Assembly: GCA_037140175.1 (NCBI GenBank)
Contig: JBAXEY010000003.1
Span: 1 to 47,256, forward strand
DNA: 47,256 bases
Direction: 5' to 3'
DNA from: a bacterium
GTDB lineage: Bacteria; Patescibacteriota; CPR2; UBA1875; CAIMLA01
Every line of letters starts with the position of its first letter. Within the stretch, counting starts at the first letter, position 1. The notes beneath the pieces are model-generated. The model made no database searches. It was given only the letters and a program-made list of their open reading frames with translations, and was not told where the DNA came from. Made by a program: the position numbers and the translations under genes. Shown one piece after another: positions 39,886 through 47,256 of this stretch.

Positions 39886-40238
39886 GCAAAGAAATTGGCG
39901 ATGAAGGCGAGAATCTCGCTTGTCAGATTTTGGAGAAAATGGGATATAAAATCTTAGAGCGAAATTATAGGAGCAGATTTGGCGAAATTGATATAATCGC
40001 AGAAATTTGCAAAGTAATTGTGGTGGTAGAAGTAAAATACAAAGAAGATCAAGGCTATGGTTTACCTCAAGAGGCAGTTACAAAACAAAAATTAAGAAAA
40101 ATAGTCAGAACAGCCCAGATATATATACGTGATAAGGAACTGGTAAACCCAGATTGGCGAGTTGATGTCCTGGCAATTGAGCACCCGAGTCAAAAATACC
40201 AGCTGTTAGAAAATGTTTATACGGAGGGATTAAGTTAA
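39882..40238 (+). CDS. yraN: YraN/UPF0102 family protein
   Basis: G..GE..A, RNYR...GEIDII, VEVK, R.DV. Confidence 0.92.
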   Translation: MSKEIGDEGENLACQILEKMGYKILERNYRSRFGEIDIIAEICKVIVVVEVKYKEDQGYGLPQEAVTKQKLRKIVRTAQIYIRDKELVNPDWRVDVLAIEHPSQKYQLLENVYTEGLS

Positions 40239-40240
40239 TG

Positions 40241-40269
40241 TTGACAGGACTGATACTAAAAGATATAAT
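40241..40269 (+). promoter_or_regulatory. Consensus sigma70 promoter for nusA
   Basis: TTGACA-17 nt-TATAAT. Confidence 0.85.
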
Positions 40270-40280
40270 TAACTTGTTGC

Positions 40281-40313
40281 AGTCGGATTTCGTGTCAGAA
40301 ATACGACTTTTTT
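40281..40313 (+). terminator. Terminator-like attenuator in the nusA leader
   Basis: AGTCG-G-ATTTC-GTGTCA-GAAAT-A-CGACT followed by a T-run, between promoter and SD. Confidence 0.7.
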
Positions 40314-40329
40314 GTTAAAAGGAGACGAA

Positions 40330-41913
40330 ATGGATAAACAATTTACATCAGCGATTGAGCAGATTTGTGCTGAAAAAAACCTATCGAAAGAGACGGTTCT
40401 ACTAACGATACAAGATGCACTAGCAGCGGCATATAAAAAGGATTATGGAAACAAAAAACAAGAAGTCCGAGTCGAAATCACAGAAGACGGGGCAATCGTG
40501 GCTTACATTAGTAAAGAAATAGTCGAGGATGTCGAAGATGACATGATAGAGATTAGCTTGACTGATGCCTACAAATTTAAAAAGAACGCCAAAGTTGGGG
40601 ATATGATTGAGATCAAGGACATCCCGAGTGATTTCGGACGGATTGCGGCTCAAACCGCCAAGCAGGTCATTATTCAAAGGATTCGTGAAGCAGAGAGAGA
40701 TATGGTTTTTGGCGAATATAAAGACAAAGAAGGAGAGGTTGTTAATGGTATTGTCCAAAGGATTGAGGGCAGTAATGTTATTATCGATCTAGGAAAAGCA
40801 ACCGGAATTTTATTTCCAAACGAGCAAATAAGGGATGAACGATATTATGTGGGACAAAGATTGAAGTTCTTCATTGTTCGAGTAGAGCAAAGTGCCAGAG
40901 GACCACAGATCGTTATCTCCCGATCACACCCTGGATTAGTCAAAAGATTATTTGAGCTCGAGGTGCCAGAAATTTTGTCCGGTGTTGTCGAACTAAAATC
41001 AATTGCCAGAGAAGCAGGGGAGCGAACTAAGATAGCGGTCACAAGCACTCAAGACGGCGTTGATCCAGTAGGTTCATGTGTAGGGCAAAGAGGGGTCAGG
41101 GTTCAAGCTGTTATGTCTGAAATTGGTGAAGAAAAAATTGATATCATCCTGTGGAACGAAGATCCAAAGGTGTTTATTGCAAATGCCTTATCTCCAGCCA
41201 AGGTAAGCAAAATCACAATTGATGATGTTGAAAAAAAGGCGGACGTAAAGGTTGCTGAAGACCAATTGTCCTTAGCTATTGGCCGTAAGGGCCAAAACGT
41301 TCGTTTGGCGGCTAAACTTGTTGGCTGGAACGTTGACATTCAGGGCGGTGATGAGGCCGGAGTAGAAGCTGTCGCAAAAATGCTTCACCCAGTAGAAGAT
41401 AAGAGAGATTTAGAGGATGAAATATTAAAAGCCGTCGAATCCTCCGACGAAGTAGCTTCAAGCCCAGAGGTGAATGACGATAAAAAAGTTGAAGCTGTAA
41501 TTACTCTGGATGAGAATATTCCTCCAAAAGAGACTAAAGAGACCACAAAGATTGAACCACCAGTAGCGGAAAATGAAAAAGCTGAGGGCCTAGAGCCAAA
41601 ACCAGGGGAAAAAACCACTGATGATAAATCAGATAAGATTGAGGACATTATTGAGGCCGAAGATTCATCTCCGGATCAAATAAAGAACCAAGACGTCAAG
41701 GCAACAGGTGTATTGGAATCCGCAAGCACAGAATCAGGCACCACCACTCCAGAGTCTACTCCACCATCTACAACTACAAATAAAATACATGATTTCCACT
41801 CAAGTGTCGACGAAGGTGAATCAGTAAAGACAACTGAACCGAACCCTAATCCAAAGAATAATGATGAGATTGCCGCCATCTTAGACCAAGAGACAGAACA
41901 AAAAACTCTTTAA
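40330..41913 (+). CDS. nusA: Transcription factor NusA with long acidic tail
   Basis: FGRIAAQTAKQ, LFELEVPEI, DPVGSCVG.RG, LSLAIGRKGQNVRLA. Confidence 0.96.
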   Translation: MDKQFTSAIEQICAEKNLSKETVLLTIQDALAAAYKKDYGNKKQEVRVEITEDGAIVAYISKEIVEDVEDDMIEISLTDAYKFKKNAKVGDMIEIKDIPSDFGRIAAQTAKQVIIQRIREAERDMVFGEYKDKEGEVVNGIVQRIEGSNVIIDLGKATGILFPNEQIRDERYYVGQRLKFFIVRVEQSARGPQIVISRSHPGLVKRLFELEVPEILSGVVELKSIAREAGERTKIAVTSTQDGVDPVGSCVGQRGVRVQAVMSEIGEEKIDIILWNEDPKVFIANALSPAKVSKITIDDVEKKADVKVAEDQLSLAIGRKGQNVRLAAKLVGWNVDIQGGDEAGVEAVAKMLHPVEDKRDLEDEILKAVESSDEVASSPEVNDDKKVEAVITLDENIPPKETKETTKIEPPVAENEKAEGLEPKPGEKTTDDKSDKIEDIIEAEDSSPDQIKNQDVKATGVLESASTESGTTTPESTPPSTTTNKIHDFHSSVDEGESVKTTEPNPNPKNNDEIAAILDQETEQKTL

Positions 41914-41927
41914 TGTGAGGCAGGCCA

Positions 41928-44432
41928 ATGAATAATCAATTTGACAGATTTAGCGAAAACGCTAAAAAAAGTTTATTATTTGCTCAAGACGTTGCCGCCC
42001 AAAATAGTAGTACTATTGATACGGCGATGATGGTTTTGGGATTTTTGAATACACCTGATTCAGTTGCTTCCAATATTCTAGAAAAAGTAGGTGTGGATGA
42101 GAAAACTTTTCGCAAACATCTTTTACCAGGACAAAATATTTCTACTTTAGCGGGCACTAGGGATGGTATGAGTCATCAAGCTCAGAAAGCAATCGAAAAA
42201 GCTTTAGCCTTCTCACACCGTCTGGGCGACAACTTTGTCGGCACCGAGCATCTTTTATTTGCGATTGTTGACCAAAAAAAATCGGAGGGCTCAATTCTGT
42301 TTGAAAAGATAAATATCTCAACTTTAAAAATAAAAGAAGCTTTGGATAATTATTTTATGGAGCCAGATGGGGTCGATAGTTTCCCTGGGCTGGAAGCGGA
42401 AGAAACCGGCAGTCAAACCCGACGGAAAAATGCTTCAGAATCGATTCTTGAGAAATTTAGCACGAATATCACAAAGAAAGCCAAAGAAGGTTTGCTTGAT
42501 CCTGTCGTTGGTCGGGAAAAAGAAAGTTCGAGAATAATTTCAATTCTAAACAGACGAACCAAAAACAATCCGGTTTTAATTGGTGAGCCAGGCGTAGGAA
42601 AGACGGCCATAGTTGAGGGCCTTGCTCAGCGGATTGTAGAAGGTCACGTCCCGGACATTTTGCAAGACAAGAAAGTTTTAATACTAGATTTACCAGGAGT
42701 GGTAGCGGGAACAAAGTATCGGGGAGAATTCGAAGAACGATTGATGAATATCATAAAAGAAGCAAAAAAGGACAAAAGTGCGATTTTATTCATTGATGAA
42801 ATCCATAACTTAGTTGGAGCGGGAGCCGCCGAGGGTGCGATTGATGCGGCGAGTATTCTAAAACCAGCCCTCTCCCGAGGAGAAATTCAGGTAATTGGGG
42901 CAACAACCCTAGACGAATACCGAAAATATATTGAAAAAGATGCCGCTCTAGAGAGGCGTTTTCAGCCAATTTTGGTTGCTGAACCCACAATCGATGAAAC
43001 AATAAAAATCTTACAAGGTTTACGGCTAAAGTTTGAGGAATACCATAAAGTAATAATTACAGATGAAGCTCTCGAAGAGGCAGCCCGTTCATCGAGCCGG
43101 TATATTCCTGATAGATTTTTGCCTGATAAGGCAATTGATTTGATTGACGAAGCAGCCAGTTTGCAACGCATAAAAAAGGGTGGTGTCCCGAAAAATATCA
43201 TTAATGTTCAGAAAGAACTTAAAATAATTGTCGCAAAGAAAGAAGACGCAGTTTTGGCGGAAGACTTTGAATATGCCGCGGAGTTAAAGCAACAAGAAAG
43301 CATTCTTTCTACTAAACTTAATAATTTAAAGAAAAGAGAAGGTTTAAGCGAAAATTCAACCCCCCTGATAGATCACGAAAACATTGCAGAAGTAATCTCG
43401 ATTTCAACGGGCATTCCTGTAACACGCTTGATTCAAAAAGAATCAGAAAGCTTACTTAACCTAGACACACTATTGAAGAAAAACATTATCGGCCAAAATG
43501 AAGCGGTTCAAGTTGTTGCAAGCGCTATCAGGCGATCACGAACCGGGGTTTCTGATACCAAGCGGCCGATCGGCTCATTTATGTTTTTGGGCCCAACCGG
43601 GGTCGGAAAAACTGAGCTGGCAAAAGTATTAGCAAACGAAGTTTTTGGCAGTGAAGAGGCTTTGGTCAAAGTGGACATGTCTGAGTTTATGGAAAAACAT
43701 AATGTCTCTCGATTGGTTGGAGCCCCAGCGGGTTATGTTGGTTACGAAGAAAGTGGCCAGCTAACAGAGATTGTTCGTCGCAAGCCGTATTGTGTGGTTC
43801 TTTTGGATGAAATTGAAAAGGCGCATCCAGACGTCTTTAATATATTGCTACAAATTCTAGAAGATGGCTATCTGACTGATGCAAAAGGAACGAAAGTTGA
43901 TTTTCGGAACACAATTATTATCATGACCTCAAACGTTGGGGCCTCGAGACTAAACAAAGAAGTTAAGCTCGGCTTCTCGGCGAAAACCAAGAGTGGGGAG
44001 CATGAGATCGAGGAGGAGCACCAAAAAAACACCGAGTTTATAATGGACGATCTCAAAAAACAATTTAAGCCTGAATTCATCAACCGGCTTGATAAGATTG
44101 TAGTTTTTAGAGCGCTGACCCAGTTGAGTATGAAAAAAATTGTAAGATTACAATTGCTGGAGTTAGCCAACAGATTAGCACTCAAGAATATAAATTTGAA
44201 AGTAACAGAACCGGCCAAGATGCTTTTGGTCGATCGTGGCTATGATCCTGAAAATGGAGCCAGACCACTTCGTCGAGTCATTCAGAATTTAATTGAAGAT
44301 CCTCTTGCGAATGGGATTCTTTCAAAAGAATTTGAAAATGGTGACACTATATCTGTTTTGAAAGAGAAGAAAGACCTTCGCCTTTTTGTTTTGGATACGG
44401 CAAACGCAAAGTCACTCAAAGCACAAAAATAG
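41928..44432 (+). CDS. clpC: ATP-dependent Clp protease ATPase ClpC
   Basis: Clp-N repeats, [11 protein letters not shown]-like middle domain, [11 protein letters not shown] loop. Confidence 0.95.
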   Translation: MNNQFDRFSENAKKSLLFAQDVAAQNSSTIDTAMMVLGFLNTPDSVASNILEKVGVDEKTFRKHLLPGQNISTLAGTRDGMSHQAQKAIEKALAFSHRLGDNFVGTEHLLFAIVDQKKSEGSILFEKINISTLKIKEALDNYFMEPDGVDSFPGLEAEETGSQTRRKNASESILEKFSTNITKKAKEGLLDPVVGREKESSRIISILNRRTKNNPVLIGEPGVGKTAIVEGLAQRIVEGHVPDILQDKKVLILDLPGVVAGTKYRGEFEERLMNIIKEAKKDKSAILFIDEIHNLVGAGAAEGAIDAASILKPALSRGEIQVIGATTLDEYRKYIEKDAALERRFQPILVAEPTIDETIKILQGLRLKFEEYHKVIITDEALEEAARSSSRYIPDRFLPDKAIDLIDEAASLQRIKKGGVPKNIINVQKELKIIVAKKEDAVLAEDFEYAAELKQQESILSTKLNNLKKREGLSENSTPLIDHENIAEVISISTGIPVTRLIQKESESLLNLDTLLKKNIIGQNEAVQVVASAIRRSRTGVSDTKRPIGSFMFLGPTGVGKTELAKVLANEVFGSEEALVKVDMSEFMEKHNVSRLVGAPAGYVGYEESGQLTEIVRRKPYCVVLLDEIEKAHPDVFNILLQILEDGYLTDAKGTKVDFRNTIIIMTSNVGASRLNKEVKLGFSAKTKSGEHEIEEEHQKNTEFIMDDLKKQFKPEFINRLDKIVVFRALTQLSMKKIVRLQLLELANRLALKNINLKVTEPAKMLLVDRGYDPENGARPLRRVIQNLIEDPLANGILSKEFENGDTISVLKEKKDLRLFVLDTANAKSLKAQK

Positions 44433-44477
44433 ATTACCCAAAATACTATGTTATAATAGACATACCCGTGGAGGAAA

Positions 44478-45413
44478 ATGAACACGTTGTATGTCTTTAT
44501 CGCGATAGCCTTAGTGGCTATGGCAATCATCTTTGAACTTATTGAGCGGGTAGCTAAGCTTTCTATGCGTAGTTTTTTTATTGTTTTATCTGGTGCTTTT
44601 GTCGGGCTAGTGATGGGGGCGCTTTTGACTTTCCCATTAAGCAAAACTCCTGGAAATTTGGGTGAATGGCTTCCTCTGGCCTGCACTGCATTTTTGGTTT
44701 TTGGTTTTGTGACATTTTTCTGGCAACAAAAAGAAGCAGCCAATAAATGGCTTGACGCAATCAATAAATTCTTTACTATCTTCAAAAATAGCAACAATCA
44801 ACCCCACCAAATTAGCGGTGAAGCAATTGTTGATACCTCTGTTTTGATTGATGGCAGGATCTTGGATATTGCCAAAAGTGGCTTTTGGCAATATAAAATT
44901 ATTATCCCAAGGTTTATTTTGGCGGAGCTTCAAACAATTGCTGACTCGACCGACTCGGAGAGAAGATCCAAAGGCAGACGAGGCCTCGACGTTATCGAGT
45001 CTTTGAGAAAAACCAAAGGAATCAAGGTTGAAGTAATTAGCACTGATGTTGTAGATATTAAGGAAGTGGATGCCAAATTGGTCGCCATTACAAAAAAACT
45101 GGATTGTTATCTTTTGACGACTGACTATAACCTAAATAAAGTTGCCAAAGCGGAGGGGCTAAAAGTACTAAATATTAATGAACTTGCTCAAGGTTTGAGG
45201 CCGGTAATTTTACCAGGGGAAGAGTTAGAAATAAACATAGTGCATTTAGGCAAAGAAAAAACCCAAGGAGTCGGCTATTTGCCAGACGGCACGATGATAG
45301 TTGTAGAAAAAGGTGGGCACATGATCGATAAAAAAGTTAAGGTAAAAATTACTCGAACATTGCAAACCGCTGCGGGTAAGATGTTTTTTTCAAAGATTGT
45401 CGATGATAAATAA
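44478..45413 (+). CDS. Membrane PIN/TRAM domain protein (YacL-like)
   Basis: TMs, DTSVLIDGRI, T.DYNLNKVA, QGVGYL.DGTMIVVE. Confidence 0.92.
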   Translation: MNTLYVFIAIALVAMAIIFELIERVAKLSMRSFFIVLSGAFVGLVMGALLTFPLSKTPGNLGEWLPLACTAFLVFGFVTFFWQQKEAANKWLDAINKFFTIFKNSNNQPHQISGEAIVDTSVLIDGRILDIAKSGFWQYKIIIPRFILAELQTIADSTDSERRSKGRRGLDVIESLRKTKGIKVEVISTDVVDIKEVDAKLVAITKKLDCYLLTTDYNLNKVAKAEGLKVLNINELAQGLRPVILPGEELEINIVHLGKEKTQGVGYLPDGTMIVVEKGGHMIDKKVKVKITRTLQTAAGKMFFSKIVDDK

Positions 45414-46302
45414 TATACAAAAGAATGTCATTCTTGCACCATATACAACATATCGGATTGGAGGTAAAGCTGATTATTTTTTTATAGCAAAGACCAAGCA
45501 AGCCTTGATTAAGGTATTGGAGTGGGCGAAGGATGAAAGTGTGCCTTATGTCATAATCGGAGGGGGGAGCAATCTTTTAATCTCAGACGCAGGTTTTCGT
45601 GGGCTTGTTATCCTAAATCGGTTAAATCAATACTCAATAACCGACACCTCTGTAACAGTAGAAAGTGGGATGATTTTATCAGCCCTGGCTCGGAAAACGG
45701 TCGATCTAGGGTTAAGTGGTTTTGATTTTGCAGTGAATATCCCAGGTACTGTTGGTGGGGCGGTCGTCGGTAATGCGGGAGCTTATGGGACTGAGACCTC
45801 TAATTCATTTGTCTCAGCTCTTGTTTGGTCCGCCAAAGATGGCCAAAATAAATACGAGAAAGATGATATGAAATTTTCATACCGATCATCAGCCCTGAAA
45901 AACTGTCATGAAACAGTTTTAATCGAAGCAGAATTTCGAATGCAAAGAGGGGACAGAGAATTGATGCTGGAGAAAGCTGTAAGTGATTTAGAGAAAAGAA
46001 AACATGACTACCGAGGCTATTCCTGCGGTAGTTATTTCAAAAATCCGACTGATAAGAAAATAAAGATAAACAAAGAGACTATCGACAATCCTTCGGCTGG
46101 ATATTTGATTGATAGCCTAGGTTTAAAGGGATTGTTTGTTGGTGGAGCCAGAGTCAGTAAAAATCATGCCAATGTTATCGTGAACGAAAACAAGGCATCC
46201 GCAAAAGACATTATAGACCTTGAGAAGTTAATTATTAAAAAAGTCAAAAAGAGATACGATGTCGAGATACAACCAGAAGTGACAAAAATAGGCATATTTT
46301 AG
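45403..46302 (+). CDS. murB: UDP-N-acetylmuramate dehydrogenase
   Basis: T.RIGG.A, GGGSNLL, IPGTVGGA..GNAGAYG, GSYFKNP, HAN. Confidence 0.96.
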   Translation: MINNIQKNVILAPYTTYRIGGKADYFFIAKTKQALIKVLEWAKDESVPYVIIGGGSNLLISDAGFRGLVILNRLNQYSITDTSVTVESGMILSALARKTVDLGLSGFDFAVNIPGTVGGAVVGNAGAYGTETSNSFVSALVWSAKDGQNKYEKDDMKFSYRSSALKNCHETVLIEAEFRMQRGDRELMLEKAVSDLEKRKHDYRGYSCGSYFKNPTDKKIKINKETIDNPSAGYLIDSLGLKGLFVGGARVSKNHANVIVNENKASAKDIIDLEKLIIKKVKKRYDVEIQPEVTKIGIF

Positions 46303-46324
46303 TATTATCATTTATTTTGGTAAC

Positions 46325-46350
46325 AAAAAAGGTGCCAATTGGCACACTCT
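46325..46350 (-). terminator. Intrinsic terminator of the orphan transcript
   Basis: GTGCC-AATT-GGCAC followed by CTTTTTT on the - strand. Confidence 0.7.
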
Positions 46351-46418
46351 ATTTATAATTACTTAAATATTTATTTAATAGGGTTATGACAAAGCAAGGT
46401 TGGTAAAGTATGTTGGGA

Positions 46419-46451
46419 GGGCGGAGCGCACAGAATGTGTGCGCTCCGCCC
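46419..46451. repeat. 14-bp perfect GC-rich hairpin
   Basis: GGGCGGAGCGCACA-GAATG-TGTGCGCTCCGCCC. Confidence 0.9.
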
Positions 46452-46469
46452 GATGCTCACGCCTAACGA

Positions 46470-47015
46470 CTAGGCTTTCGCGCGCGACCTCTTGCGAGCG
46501 TTCTTGGTCTTGCCACCGGTGGGAGCCGGCTTGGCTCCGTTCGAGCCCTTCTCGGGCCCGGCCGTTGAGGTGGCGAGCTTCCTCGCCTTCTGGGCGGCTT
46601 TGCGAGCATCCAGGGTCTGCGGATCGGCCTTGGCTCTCTGGGGCCGGTCGTGGTTGCGAAGAACCTTCACCGCCTCAGCGAGGACCATGGGATTGAGGTA
46701 CCTTTCGGCGCCATCGACCCCGCGCTCCCGACAGAGGTAGAATGCCACCTCGGCAAGGAACCGTCGCGTCTGCTCGAAGTTGCCGAGCGCGACTTCCTTT
46801 CTCACTCCCCAGAGGTGGCAGTGGTAGGCCTTCAGTTTCATGATCTTGTCGGTTACGAAGCCGATCCTGACCCGGCTCTGGTTGGCCGTGAAGACCAGCC
46901 AAGCCTCGAGGCAGCCCATCAAGGCCTCCTCGGTGTCGACTCCGAGGGCCTCCTCGAACTCGAGGTAGGTCCGTGCGTTCGGCCCGAAGGCCTCGTTGGC
47001 GGTGGACTCGGACAT
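46470..47015 (-). CDS. GC-rich orphan protein with basic C-terminal tail
   Basis: SD AAGGAG before the ATG at 47015; the GC-rich block coincides with the ORF limits. Confidence 0.7.
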   Translation of the reverse strand: MSESTANEAFGPNARTYLEFEEALGVDTEEALMGCLEAWLVFTANQSRVRIGFVTDKIMKLKAYHCHLWGVRKEVALGNFEQTRRFLAEVAFYLCRERGVDGAERYLNPMVLAEAVKVLRNHDRPQRAKADPQTLDARKAAQKARKLATSTAGPEKGSNGAKPAPTGGKTKNARKRSRAKA

Positions 47016-47172
47016 TTTCGGCTCCTTTTTCATGGTTTTAAAACCGTTAACATATACTTTAAGGCTTTCGATGCACGACTATCTTTCGATAGAGTTACCT
47101 GAGCCTTTGATAACCTTGCTTTGTCAATGAACTTGGTACTTCGAAAGAGTATAATTCTCTCGAACAGCGAAT

Positions 47173-47201
47173 ATAATAACACAAAAGAAATAGAAAGTCA
47201 A
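47173..47201 (-). promoter_or_regulatory. Sigma70 promoter driving the orphan unit
   Basis: TTGACT-17 nt-TATTAT on the - strand. Confidence 0.65.
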
Positions 47202-47256
47202 TACTATTATCTAGGATGTGTATAGCTGTAATAGCTCAACAAACAAGAAGCCGCTC

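Larger units (their letters stand above)
46387..47126. repeat. 15-bp exact long-range inverted repeat (46387-46401 / 47112-47126)
   Basis: TGACAAAGCAAGGTT and its reverse complement AACCTTGCTTTGTCA. Confidence 0.9.

Noticed and set aside
46400-47102. Overlapping ORFs 46400-46696, 46492-46740, 46650-47102 (+) and 46675-46902 (-)
   Set aside because: Expected from stop-codon scarcity in a GC-rich block; only 46470-47015 has an SD, promoter and terminator.
47099-47127. TTGACA within the stem arm as a second -35 element
   Set aside because: No -10 hexamer at 17-nt spacing (GCTCAG).

Overview
AT-rich bacterial chromosome segment, standard code 11. Gene content and layout suggest a CPR/Patescibacteria genome (inference). 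Bases 1-2202 look like the right end of an island integrated at a tRNA-Ala/tmRNA-like 3' end. It carries a 5'-truncated DGR-type reverse transcriptase, a structured minus-strand RNA, a PLD/HKD gene and an XRE regulator. Bases 2238-46302 are mostly + strand housekeeping genes: gdhA, leuS, yceD-rpmF-nusB-rnc, a hinge-less smc, rpsP-khpA-trmD, uvrB/A/C, yvcK, secG, lemA-htpX, ligA, gatCAB, dnaE, rplS-rnhB-yraN, nusA, clpC, yacL and murB. Six minus-strand tRNAs are clustered here, with an unexplained ~90-nt ACCA-ended RNA among them. The most striking item is at the right end. A GC-rich orphan ORF is transcribed as a unit built like an rRNA precursor: promoter, hairpin, boxA-like motif, a 15-bp long-range stem enclosing the whole ORF, and a terminator. 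All calls come from reading motifs by eye; no database searches were run.
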